From a virus, in the IMG/VR virus record IMGVR_UViG_3300013212_000072, positions 1 to 64,000 of that record: DNA of 64,000 bases. One strand, 5' to 3'. Position numbers and translations under genes: made by a program. Under the pieces are notes generated by a model that did no database searches, was not told the DNA's origin, and saw only the letters and a list, made by a program, of their open reading frames with translations. Positions within the stretch are counted from its first letter, which is position 1. Each line of letters opens with the position of its first letter. Below are positions 1 to 8,938 of this stretch, in pieces.

Positions 1-36
1 CGGTTTCTCTGTAAGATTAATAAAAGATTAAATAAC

Positions 37-1482
37 ATGATAAAAATAAAAAAATACCAGATTGAGAACTACATATCAGATGCGACACAGGACGCGTTAG
101 ACCTAAAGGCAGACCTGGTAAACGGTAAGGTTCCAGCAAGTCAGCTTCCATCATTCGTGGACGACGTGATAGAGGTTGCGAACTACGCAGCACTTCCAAT
201 ACCTGGAGCGACTGGTGTTATATACATAACGCTAGACAACAACAAAGTGTTCAGGTGGACTGGCAGCGTGTATGTTGAGATAGCATCTGGGGTTACGAAT
301 CTTTCGTACACACCTGGCGTGTCTAACGGAACTGTAAACAGTGATACTGGATCCGATGCAACAATACCGCTAGCTGGTACTGTGAACGCTGGTCTGTTCT
401 CAGCAGCAGAGAAGTCTAAGCTAGAGGGTATCGCACCTAATGCAAATGTAGGTGTTGTACCAAACGCACCAATAACTGGGGCCACGAAGACAAAGATAAC
501 GTATGACTCTAAGGGTCTTGTAACAGCAGGAGCAGACGCAACAACAGCAGACATAGCGGACTCAACAAATAAGAGGTACGTTACAGATGCTAACCTAACC
601 GTAATAAATAATACCAGTGGGACTAATACTGGGGATCAAACTCTTCAACAAGTAACTGAATTAGGAAATACAACTACAGAGGGAATTATTATTATCCCCC
701 CTGCCGGCACAATTGGATTATCTGTGACAGCAACGGAATTTACAATTATTGACGCGGCAATACGGGCTGAAACAGAGCAAGGCATAGGGGTAGAAGCAAT
801 TTCTTTAGATGGCATTGGTCTTAAGGCTTTTTCTGATAACGGAGCAGCAATATTTGCAAGTACACCTGAAGGAACAGCAATATCTGTAGATACGGGCCTG
901 TTATTTGGTAAAGGGTTAGTAATAAATAGCGGAACATCCTCAACTGGAAATGTTATTGAATTTAATAAAAATGGAGTTGATAAGTTAACGATAAATCAAC
1001 AAGGAGACATAGCCGCTAATTCCTTTATTAAAACAGGAGGTAGCGATGCAGAGTTGCTAGCCGCTAATGGTACAGTCGTAACAGCAGGTACAAATATAAC
1101 AATAGCAAATGGCGAAATATCTGCTTTAGGCGGTAGTGGCGGTAGTAGTTCTGTAAATTTCTATTTAAACGGAAGTATTGCAAGTGGTGTTGCAGGGTAT
1201 CAACAAATAGGATCAACTGCTGTAATTGGAGGAGGAACACTGATTTGGACAAGAACAGGAGTTGGTGCTTATGACGGAACATTAACTGGAATATTTCCAG
1301 ATATTAATAAAGTTTTTTGTATTTTTGGAATTGGTCAAACGATGAATAATTATGGTGATAATATAAATTTATTTTGGCAAGTAGTTAGCAATAATGCAAT
1401 AAACCTAACTACTGTAAAAACAAATAGTAATCAGGATAATGTATTGGTAAAAAATCCAATAGAAATAAGAGTATATAACTAA
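37..1482 (+). CDS. Tail fibre / receptor-binding-type protein (mosaic)
   Basis: 481 aa, Gly/Thr/Ala-rich, with segments typical of phage fibres (GKVPASQLPSFVDDV, TKITYDSKGLVTAG, GTNTGDQTLQQVT, WTRTGVGAYDGTL). Confidence 0.65.
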   Translation: MIKIKKYQIENYISDATQDALDLKADLVNGKVPASQLPSFVDDVIEVANYAALPIPGATGVIYITLDNNKVFRWTGSVYVEIASGVTNLSYTPGVSNGTVNSDTGSDATIPLAGTVNAGLFSAAEKSKLEGIAPNANVGVVPNAPITGATKTKITYDSKGLVTAGADATTADIADSTNKRYVTDANLTVINNTSGTNTGDQTLQQVTELGNTTTEGIIIIPPAGTIGLSVTATEFTIIDAAIRAETEQGIGVEAISLDGIGLKAFSDNGAAIFASTPEGTAISVDTGLLFGKGLVINSGTSSTGNVIEFNKNGVDKLTINQQGDIAANSFIKTGGSDAELLAANGTVVTAGTNITIANGEISALGGSGGSSSVNFYLNGSIASGVAGYQQIGSTAVIGGGTLIWTRTGVGAYDGTLTGIFPDINKVFCIFGIGQTMNNYGDNINLFWQVVSNNAINLTTVKTNSNQDNVLVKNPIEIRVYN

Positions 1483-1507
1483 TAAATAAAAATAAACAAA
1501 TAAAACA

Positions 1508-1855
1508 ATGACAACATTTAATTGGACAATTTCAGCTGTAGAAAGAGCTGTAAGTTTAAACGGATTATCAGACGTAATCCAAATAGTACACTGGAGATAT
1601 CGAGGTACTGATGAAAATGGAACAAGTGCTGAAAATTATGGAGCAACCACAATAGGAGACCCAAATCCAGAAGACTTTACTCCTTACAATGAAGTAACAG
1701 CATCTGATGTAGAAGGATGGTTAGAATCAATTTTCTCTGTTGGAGATATTGAAGGATCAATATCAAGACTCGATCAAATGAAGTTTAATATACAAGATCA
1801 AATAGAATTATTAATTAATCCAATAACAATTGTAGGACCGCTTTATAGTTCATAA
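1508..1855 (+). CDS. Conserved phage protein found beside tail fibres (possible fibre assembly factor)
   Basis: 115 aa with a WTI..., VHWRY and F.PY..VT...V.GW pattern; lies directly after the fibre gene. Confidence 0.5.
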   Translation: MTTFNWTISAVERAVSLNGLSDVIQIVHWRYRGTDENGTSAENYGATTIGDPNPEDFTPYNEVTASDVEGWLESIFSVGDIEGSISRLDQMKFNIQDQIELLINPITIVGPLYSS

Positions 1856-1932
1856 TCACTACTTTATAATTAAAAATAAATACTTGTAATGTTCAAAACA
1901 AAATCAAAAAGATTTGTATAATATATAAATCT

Positions 1933-2484
1933 ATGATAAAAGAAGCCTACACTACAGACAAAATTCTTATTTTCGATATCGATGATACTATAGCGATCAC
2001 ACCTGCGAAAATTATAGTCACTGACACCAAAACAGGTAAAACCTTTGAACTGACTCCAGAAGAGTTTAACTCCTATGAAAAGGGTCAAAACCACTTGGTT
2101 AATTTTGACCAGTTCAGATCTATGGAGATTATGAAAGCAGGTCGGTTAATTGATAAATACTTCAAAGTACTTACAACAAACTACAAAAATGGAGTTGCAA
2201 TTGGAGTTATTACAGCACGTGATAATAGAGACATGATATACGAATGGTTCCGTTTTCACTTAGGATTCCATATTGATAAAAAGTTGATTTGGGCAGTTAA
2301 TGACCCTGTTCACGGACTCACCGGAAATATACAACAAAGGAAACAGGATGCAATGCGCTGGTTTATTGACCAGGGTTACACGGATATCACGTTCTTCGAC
2401 GACGATAGAAACAATATAAAACTAATAAAACAATTAGAGAGTGAACTCGGTCAATCGATCAAGACACATCTCGCGAAACACTAA
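1933..2484 (+). CDS. HAD-superfamily phosphatase
   Basis: Motif I FDIDDT, motif II ITAR, a conserved Lys, and motif IV FFDDD..N. Confidence 0.8.
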   Translation: MIKEAYTTDKILIFDIDDTIAITPAKIIVTDTKTGKTFELTPEEFNSYEKGQNHLVNFDQFRSMEIMKAGRLIDKYFKVLTTNYKNGVAIGVITARDNRDMIYEWFRFHLGFHIDKKLIWAVNDPVHGLTGNIQQRKQDAMRWFIDQGYTDITFFDDDRNNIKLIKQLESELGQSIKTHLAKH

Positions 2485-2490
2485 TAAATT

Positions 2491-3672
2491 ATGGCAACAG
2501 TAGGAGATTTTAAAACAAGATTTGAAGCGGCATTAAACGAGGCCAATGCTAATCCAACAATACAGGAATCTATAGATTCCCCATTAAATGAGGCAAAGAT
2601 TTCTGCAGATACAATGCAAGGAGAGGTGGATAATCCAGGATCTCTTCATGGAAATATGGCATTAATCAATGCAATTAATACACTAGGAAAAATTACAAAT
2701 TATAAAGATTTTGCAAAAAACTATCCAAATGGAATTCCAACAACGTTTATCTTAAATTATTTTGCATCGCTAAATCCAAAGGAATCAGTAGAACTTGCAG
2801 GATATTTATATTCAGCAACTGCACCAAAGGACTTAAAAACAAATATGTACTCAAACCGAAATTCAGTACTTGGTAAATTATTTGACCAAAAACCAACCGG
2901 ACTTGGAAAGGGAGAAGCCCTTATTGCATGGTTAATTAAAGGTGCAGTAATTCAAGGTGGTGGAGAAAGCTATGATGTTATCATTAATGGAAAGGATACT
3001 TTTGAAGTTAAAGATTATAGTAGTGGAAATTCAGCAATCCGAGCTGGTGTAAAATCAAAGGTTAGTAACTTTGAATTTTGGAGAGAAATCGGAGATACAC
3101 TATCAAGAATCGATAAATTGACAGGATATTCTGCTGGAAAACCTAAATTTGATATTAGCAAATACTTCTCTACTGAAATGACAACAGCCTCAAATTATCT
3201 AATGGGCAGAAAGGGAACTATTATGTCAGGTGAATGTAATTTAACTGACTTTAAAAACCTTAATAAATTCTACGAAGAGGCCGCTAAAGTTGAAAATACT
3301 CTACAAGGGTATACCAATGTTATATTAAGAGGACCAAATTCAAAACCAATCGAATTAAGTATTGACCTATTAGACCCTTCTCAGATAACAGGAGATACAA
3401 TTACTTTTAATATTGCAAAAGGAGACCAAACAGGAACATACGTCTTAGCAGAATTAAAGAGATTAAAATATGTCCGAAATCCAAAAGACTTACAAGTAGA
3501 CATGCAAACTGCAGTTAACCAAATTCATGCTGGACTGGTTTATATCGTCTTCCGTAAAAACACAATAAATATCACAACAGATTTCGTACCAGCTGTGGTT
3601 TCAACATCATCTTTATATTTCGTAGAAAAAAGCATTAAAGAACCTACAATAGACCATAATTTGGATGACTAA
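2491..3672 (+). CDS. Hypothetical protein with a possible PD-(D/E)XK nuclease-like core and LNE-A processing motifs
   Basis: GKGE...YDV...FEVK pattern; N-terminal ALNEA and PLNEA. Confidence 0.4.
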   Translation: MATVGDFKTRFEAALNEANANPTIQESIDSPLNEAKISADTMQGEVDNPGSLHGNMALINAINTLGKITNYKDFAKNYPNGIPTTFILNYFASLNPKESVELAGYLYSATAPKDLKTNMYSNRNSVLGKLFDQKPTGLGKGEALIAWLIKGAVIQGGGESYDVIINGKDTFEVKDYSSGNSAIRAGVKSKVSNFEFWREIGDTLSRIDKLTGYSAGKPKFDISKYFSTEMTTASNYLMGRKGTIMSGECNLTDFKNLNKFYEEAAKVENTLQGYTNVILRGPNSKPIELSIDLLDPSQITGDTITFNIAKGDQTGTYVLAELKRLKYVRNPKDLQVDMQTAVNQIHAGLVYIVFRKNTINITTDFVPAVVSTSSLYFVEKSIKEPTIDHNLDD

Positions 3673-3835
3673 GAAGGAATGGAATAAGTATGTCGACACT
3701 GGATATGTACCTCAAAAATACATAAAGGAGATAGTAACCCGAATCAAGCACAATATGACTCTCGATACTCGACACATACAAGTATACATGACTCATAGTT
3801 CAATCATAGAACTCTATCTAAAAATAGATAAATAG
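3665..3835 (+). CDS. Small hypothetical protein (56 aa, not in the ORF track)
   Basis: MTKKEWNKYVDTGYVPQKY...LYLKIDK*; the ATG overlaps the upstream stop and the ORF fills the gap. Confidence 0.55.
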   Translation: MTKKEWNKYVDTGYVPQKYIKEIVTRIKHNMTLDTRHIQVYMTHSSIIELYLKIDK

Positions 3836-3854
3836 AATAAATAAAAACCACATT

Positions 3855-4319
3855 ATGAAAAAAATTAAACTATTCGAACAATTCTTAAATGAATCTAAAT
3901 ATACAGGTTCATTATACCATGGAGGGGATGTTGATTTTAATAAACCAATGTACTTTACGAATAGTCCCATAATAGCACAATCGTATGGTAAGGTTACAGG
4001 GCCATACCAAATCACCTTTAATAAATTTGTTACCCTTGATTTCAGTACAGCTGAAGGTTGGTGGTTACCTGAAGAGGCCACCAAAAGTGAATGTAAAAAA
4101 TTCGGTATGAAACCCGAAGATTTTAATAAATACAAGCAATTTCCAGAAGTTAAATCAATAAAGACTGACCATTTTGTTAGAGCAGCCATAGATAAAGGAT
4201 TAGATGGAATAATCTTCCAAAATATCATGGATGCAGGAAGCCACCCAGTAAAAGGTGACAAATACATAAGAACGGATAATGTAGTTGCCTTAAAACCAAA
4301 AAAGTCCGTACTACTATGA
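3855..4319 (+). CDS. ADP-ribosyltransferase-fold-like (ART-PolyVal-like) protein with an N-terminal capsid-targeting-like peptide
   Basis: LYHG..., MYFT.....AQSYG and GLDGIIFQN pattern; N-terminus MKKIKLFEQFLNES. Confidence 0.5.
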   Translation: MKKIKLFEQFLNESKYTGSLYHGGDVDFNKPMYFTNSPIIAQSYGKVTGPYQITFNKFVTLDFSTAEGWWLPEEATKSECKKFGMKPEDFNKYKQFPEVKSIKTDHFVRAAIDKGLDGIIFQNIMDAGSHPVKGDKYIRTDNVVALKPKKSVLL

Positions 4320-4723
4320 AACCCGTAAAACTATTCGAACAATTCCTAAATGAATCCCAAAAACAAACCGAAGCCCTTCAAAAGGTAGAAGGACTTCTAA
4401 AGGGTTCTATATTTGATGATGCAAAACGAATAGACACTATCTTCAAAATGAACAAACGACCCTGTCACGAAATAGTAGCCACATGGGAACAGTACGGGGA
4501 TGCCGCCCAAACCAAAACCATTAACCCAACCGATATCCAAATCACTCAACCTAATATACAACTCAATAAGGTCAAGGAGATGATATTCAGGGACACTAAG
4601 GTTAAAACAATAAATGTAATCCAATTCCCAGAAGGACCTGTAATCTACGACGGACATCACAGACTTACAAAGGCATGGGCCCTAGGAGAAACCCGTTTAA
4701 AAGTAAACCTCTTAAAAGCATAA
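4316..4723 (+). CDS. ParB/Srx-like N-terminal domain protein with a capsid-targeting-like peptide
   Basis: ITQ..., IYDGHHRL..A motif; N-terminus MKPVKLFEQFLNES. Confidence 0.7.
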   Translation: MKPVKLFEQFLNESQKQTEALQKVEGLLKGSIFDDAKRIDTIFKMNKRPCHEIVATWEQYGDAAQTKTINPTDIQITQPNIQLNKVKEMIFRDTKVKTINVIQFPEGPVIYDGHHRLTKAWALGETRLKVNLLKA

Positions 4724-4730
4724 CCACACA

Positions 4731-4757
4731 GAGGACCCCTAAAGGTCCTCCCTTTTA
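4731..4757 (+). terminator. Intrinsic terminator
   Basis: GAGGACC/GGTCCTC stem followed by CCTTTT, just after the 4316-4723 stop. Confidence 0.6.
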
Positions 4758-5065
4758 TTCAGGTCCGGCACGTCCGGAATCCACCCCTCCCCCACAATAA
4801 AAAACCGATAGAAATAGTAATCTAAAACAAAAACATCCCAATCTCTATATAGATATACAGATACAAGAATAACAGTATAAGGATATAAACCCCCTATAAA
4901 GAATCCACCCCTCCTCCCTAACCCCCATACCTGTCCAGATTCTAAGCCCCTTATGGTCCTACCAACCCTCCCTAACCCCTTTCAATTCCCAGTCAACCAG
5001 GTACCCCAGTTCTACCCCTCTTATTAAAATGATATATAGTAGACCTTCAGGAGACCAAGGGCCCC

Positions 5066-5153
5066 TCAATGTTCCCTATAGGGCCAAGTCAATGTTCCCT
5101 ATAGGGCCAAGTCAATGGTTCCTCAATGGTTCCTCAATGTTCCCTATAGGGCC
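5066..5153. repeat. Tandem repeat with an internal palindrome
   Basis: TCAATGTTCCCTATAGGGCC(AAG) x3 (5066, 5089, 5134) interleaved with TCAATGGTTCC x2; core palindrome CCCTATAGGG. Confidence 0.9.
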
Positions 5154-5477
5154 TTAAACCTCTCGTCGAGTTGGGTCACCCTCCGAGGCACACCGGACCC
5201 TCTCTATGCCTTCAGGGCACTCTGGGCACCACTAAAATCAACCGCCAATCCCGTTACCCCTTGCCCCTGCGGGCAAAACAATTCTGCCTCAACCGGGCAT
5301 TGGTGCTACCATGGGACTGCACCCCCGCTGGTTGCAACCAACCACGGGTTATTGGTTACTATACAACCGACCCTACCGGTCCAACCGGTTCCCCTTGCCC
5401 CTGTTGTGAAAACAATTCCCTAAGGGCCGGCCAATAAATTTGCATTGGAAATCCGAAACTGCCAAGTCGGCAAACAC

Positions 5478-5504
5478 AAAAAACCCAGGCCACCACAACC
5501 TGGG
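5478..5504 (-). terminator. Intrinsic terminator for the RadA-like gene
   Basis: Minus strand reads CCCAGG-loop-CCTGGG-TTTTTT; it is nested in a larger inverted repeat CCGAAACTGCCA/TGGCAGTTTCGG. Confidence 0.65.
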
Positions 5505-5544
5505 AATCTCTATCTAATGGCAGTTTCGGGTGCCAGCCGGTATA

Positions 5545-6648
5545 TTATAGTTCTACCATCGTCTTTAATTCCTCAGGTACGGCATCCTTGTCGAAACCGA
5601 ATAACTTGTCGAAGGCGTTGGATTCTCCTGTTAGGGCTTTACGTTCTTCAGCCAGGACCTCGTCGTTAAATAGGTCCCTTGTATATCTTCCTTCGTCGAA
5701 TGTAACACCGTCTGATAATTCGAAATATAGTTTTTTACCGACCTGACCTGTACGGTTTTTAGAGAACTCCATGAATCTTCTACCACTATTTTCAGAACCG
5801 TCCCAGTCCAACATCATCATCGCGGTCGTCATGTGTTTTAGTTTATTAGAACCTACAAAGTTACCACCTTTACTGAGTTGCAGGATAGTTACGAAGGTTG
5901 TATATGTTTTCGTACTGTTACCACCTTTGTTATGCTGAGTCATTAGGTCTAGGAACCATTTTTCGGTTTTACCTCTGGTCATGTTACATTCCTCCTTAAT
6001 GGTATCGTTTACTTCGGTATATGAATCGGTAAGTACAACGTCCCATCCTTGAAGGAGTACACCTTCAATTACCCCTTTTGGACAAGATTCCGTATAGTCA
6101 GATAGGAATAGGATAGGTAATTGTCCCCAATGTGGGAAACGTTTAAGGTAACGGGCCATATCTATCTGGTTCATTTCGGCAGAGATGAACAGGACTCGTT
6201 TACCTTGAGCAGATAGTTTAGAAAGTAATTCTAATAGCACTGTAGTTTTACCGACACCAGGGGCTCCAGCAGCCATTATATTAGTTCCAGGTAGGAATCC
6301 ACCTTCAGTCGAACAAAACTGGTCAAAGACTGTTCCAGTTGGAAGGCTGGTAAATAGGGAATCATCGATATTTAAGTCGTCCAATTTGGTTAGTTGGACC
6401 TCAACTGGAGCGCAAGGGTTTTGGGATTGAACTGATGTTGAGGTCCCATAATCGTTATTATAGTCCTTATTACTTGTCCATCTACCAGTTTCGGTGATGT
6501 TGATAATACGGTTTTGGTCTTGGTTTTTAACCCAAGTATATTTTGAATGACCTGGCTCGATTAAGATAGTGTCAATTGGGTTTTTCGTGTTTACTAAAAC
6601 GATGAATTCGTTAGGTTGTGTGCGGATTAAGTAAGATTGTCTGTTCAT
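5545..6648 (-). CDS. RadA/Sms-like RecA-fold ATPase (no zinc finger, no Lon-like domain)
   Basis: Walker A GAPGVGKT, LFISAEM, Walker B VVLTDS, GSNKLKH, and KNRTG (compare RadA KNRFG). Confidence 0.75.
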   Translation of the reverse strand: MNRQSYLIRTQPNEFIVLVNTKNPIDTILIEPGHSKYTWVKNQDQNRIINITETGRWTSNKDYNNDYGTSTSVQSQNPCAPVEVQLTKLDDLNIDDSLFTSLPTGTVFDQFCSTEGGFLPGTNIMAAGAPGVGKTTVLLELLSKLSAQGKRVLFISAEMNQIDMARYLKRFPHWGQLPILFLSDYTESCPKGVIEGVLLQGWDVVLTDSYTEVNDTIKEECNMTRGKTEKWFLDLMTQHNKGGNSTKTYTTFVTILQLSKGGNFVGSNKLKHMTTAMMMLDWDGSENSGRRFMEFSKNRTGQVGKKLYFELSDGVTFDEGRYTRDLFNDEVLAEERKALTGESNAFDKLFGFDKDAVPEELKTMVEL

Positions 6649-6731
6649 AATGTGGTGTTTTAATTAGATATGTAAATATAATCAATAAGTTTGAAACGGG
6701 AAAACTTTAAGTGTTAAAGTTATTAACAATT
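6649..6731 (-). promoter_or_regulatory. Repeated early promoter, copy 1
   Basis: Minus strand reads AATTGTTAATAACTTT...GATTATATTTACATATCTAATTAAAACA directly upstream of the ATG. Confidence 0.8.
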
Positions 6732-6903
6732 AGAAGCACAATTTACCTTCTATTCTTTCTGAGGTATACCAGTATCTGATTACGTTCGGCTCTGCATTAG
6801 TAACTTGATAGCTTATTCCCCATGCAGACATTGCAGTTAATACGTCTTCCATGTTAGACATTTTGCTGAAACGGGCAATTTGAGATAATATTAGATTTTT
6901 CAT
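6730..6903 (-). CDS. Small early hypothetical protein (57 aa, not in the ORF track)
   Basis: MKNLILSQIARFSKMSNMED...EGKLCF*; lies exactly between two promoter repeats. Confidence 0.7.
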   Translation of the reverse strand: MKNLILSQIARFSKMSNMEDVLTAMSAWGISYQVTNAEPNVIRYWYTSERIEGKLCF

Positions 6904-6984
6904 AATGTGGTGTTTTAATTAGATATGTAAATATAATCAATATCCATGAAAACGGAAACTATTTATTGTTAAAGTTTTGTTAAA
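6904..6984 (-). promoter_or_regulatory. Repeated early promoter, copy 2
   Basis: About 74 bp identical to copy 3, which is 300 bp away. Confidence 0.8.
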
Positions 6985-7203
6985 TTATCTGTTAAGAAAT
7001 TCTCTGTAACGCTCATTATAATTACCTTTTCCAAACATTTTACCGTTGTCATGACACCATTGTAAGAAGGGTATGATATTGTTCCATTGGTTAGACGTTA
7101 AGTCCTCTTCGAAAAGGTAGCTAATAACAGATGGGTTATAAGTACCGTGAGTGTTAATAGCTCTGGCAATAAAGGTGTAAAGTGGTGGTGAAAGTGATAA
7201 CAT
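6985..7203 (-). CDS. Small early hypothetical protein
   Basis: 72 aa ORF between promoter repeats. Confidence 0.7.
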   Translation of the reverse strand: MLSLSPPLYTFIARAINTHGTYNPSVISYLFEEDLTSNQWNNIIPFLQWCHDNGKMFGKGNYNERYREFLNR

Positions 7204-7288
7204 AGTTCTTTGTTTTAATTAGATATGTAAATATAATCAATATCCATGAAAACGGAAACTATTTATTGTTAAAGTTTTGTTAAAGTTT
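7204..7288 (-). promoter_or_regulatory. Repeated early promoter, copy 3
   Basis: Same TATATTTACATATCTAATTAAAACA core with upstream TTAACA repeats. Confidence 0.8.
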
Positions 7289-7293
7289 CACAC

Positions 7294-7316
7294 AAAAAAA
7301 GGGACCTTTCGGTCCC
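7294..7316 (-). terminator. Intrinsic terminator
   Basis: Minus strand reads GGGACC-GAAA-GGTCCC-TTTTTTT, downstream of 7339-8475. Confidence 0.85.
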
Positions 7317-7338
7317 TTGAACTAATGACTACCAAAGA

Positions 7339-8475
7339 TTAGTTCAATAAAGCACCTGCTTGAGATAATTCGCGACCAGCAAATAAATCTGGCATCGTGT
7401 TTTCATGATCGAAAGATTTTTTACCAAATAGGTTACCAGCTTTAACCATTAAGTCCGATGCATTATAATCTTGCATGTTAGTATCGATAATACCAGCACC
7501 GTGGGTTGCGAAATGGGTTATAGCATTTGTTAACGCCCAGACTGAGGTGTTAGATTTAGCATGTTTCATTTGTTGACCAGATATGTTATCAAAACCAGCA
7601 TTATAGAATGCATTCATGTTTTCAGCATAAGGAATCCAAGTGTTAGAACGTTCTCCAGCATATGGTTCAATAAGGTTATGTGCAAACTGTAATTCGCTTA
7701 AGGAAGCAGGAGTGTTATGAGCCATTCTTACGCGGTCAGCAAAACCAGTAGGAGCAAAGTTATTCTTACGTAAGTCGTTCATATTTTCAAAGAACTTCTC
7801 CATAGAACCTTGGTCCAAAGATTGAAGAGTATAAGCCTCTTGAGCCATAGCAGTAGTTAAACCATTAGTACAAAACTGACGGTTAATATAAGGAAGAACT
7901 TGGAAACCATCTTTAGGAGAGTTTTGGAAAGTAACACCTCCAGTAAATACCTCATCAGATAAACCTTGTACTGCGAAATTCGCTTTAGGGTTAAATGCAT
8001 TAATGGTTACGATACCAGTTCCTGGGTCTACTGACCAGTTTGTTACGTTCATACCGTGGTTATCTATGATATTCTCAGCAACTCCCATGAATTGTTGATT
8101 AGATATACCAAATTGGTCTTTCTTAGTGATAGCCACTACCGATTTACTAATAGGGTTAAGTACAAGGGTTACTTCAGAAAGTTTACCACTATTAGATGCC
8201 ATTGCATTTTTCATAGTGTTAATAAACTGAGACTTAGCCTCTTTAGTAAAGAGAGTTTCGAATTTCTGAGCAAATTGGTTACTCATACCTAATAGACCTA
8301 GTAGGTTTTTGAATGCTGATTTGGTAAGATTGATTTTCTGACCGTTATATTCGATAGATTCTCCATCGATTAAATTGATATCGCGGAAAGGTACTACTTT
8401 ACGAAGGTTTTGAGCCTCCAATGTAGCTACTTTACGTTGTTCAATTAAGGTGTTAGAAAGAGTTGCAATTGCCAT
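7339..8475 (-). CDS. DUF932-like phage protein
   Basis: GVTFQNS...INRQFCTNG resembles the DUF932 NS..G / R..C.NG motifs; C-terminal SVWALTNAIT. Confidence 0.55.
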   Translation of the reverse strand: MAIATLSNTLIEQRKVATLEAQNLRKVVPFRDINLIDGESIEYNGQKINLTKSAFKNLLGLLGMSNQFAQKFETLFTKEAKSQFINTMKNAMASNSGKLSEVTLVLNPISKSVVAITKKDQFGISNQQFMGVAENIIDNHGMNVTNWSVDPGTGIVTINAFNPKANFAVQGLSDEVFTGGVTFQNSPKDGFQVLPYINRQFCTNGLTTAMAQEAYTLQSLDQGSMEKFFENMNDLRKNNFAPTGFADRVRMAHNTPASLSELQFAHNLIEPYAGERSNTWIPYAENMNAFYNAGFDNISGQQMKHAKSNTSVWALTNAITHFATHGAGIIDTNMQDYNASDLMVKAGNLFGKKSFDHENTMPDLFAGRELSQAGALLN

Positions 8476-8524
8476 AGTTATAAGATTTTAGATTTATATA
8501 TTAAAAATTGGTTTTGTTTCAGTA

Positions 8525-8719
8525 TTATTTGTTAAATTTTTCGAATGAGCAGATGAGTAATCCAACACCTATCATAGTGGTGCACATTGCAGTTGCAAAT
8601 TCATTAAGGGTACCAGCGAACGGTACGAATTTTTGAGCGGTTCCAGTTAATAAGGAATACGTAACCCCGAACGCGATTAGGGTACCTAAGGCTGGAAGGA
8701 TGTTGATGGTGATTTTCAT
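8525..8719 (-). CDS. Small early membrane protein (two hydrophobic helices)
   Basis: 64 aa hydrophobic ORF directly behind promoter copy 4. Confidence 0.65.
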   Translation of the reverse strand: MKITINILPALGTLIAFGVTYSLLTGTAQKFVPFAGTLNEFATAMCTTMIGVGLLICSFEKFNK

Positions 8720-8804
8720 AGTTCTTTGTTTTAATTAGATATGTAAATATAATCAATAGTTTCAAGAACCGAAACTATTTTATGTTAATTTTTTGTTAAA
8801 GTTT
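8720..8804 (-). promoter_or_regulatory. Repeated early promoter, copy 4
   Basis: Same core sequence as copies 1-3. Confidence 0.8.
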
Positions 8805-8938
8805 CTAGTGGCGTTTCAGATCTCTAAATAGAAGACGAACTGGAGTCTACTCTTCCTCCCCTGGTTTAAAGGACCGCCCGTGTCGAATCTTCCGATTCTT
8901 GGTGCTGTACAGCCTGTTATGTCATTTTGCTATTTTTC

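Larger units (their letters stand above)
4760..5544. other. GC-rich, strongly C-skewed non-coding block with repeats (left)
   Basis: No credible ORF. C-runs; repeated GAATCCACCCCTCC, CTCCCTAACCCC and CCCCTTGCCCCTG..AAAACAATTC. Confidence 0.7.

Noticed and set aside
4910-4980. Telomere-like CCCTAA repeats
   Set aside because: Only two isolated copies within a C-rich tract.
5066-5153. Mini-CRISPR
   Set aside because: The repeats are directly tandem with no unique spacers.
5115-5669. ORFs 5115-5423, 5171-5437 and 5445-5669
   Set aside because: Atypical composition, overlapping frames and no phage-type leader; likely chance ORFs in GC-rich DNA.
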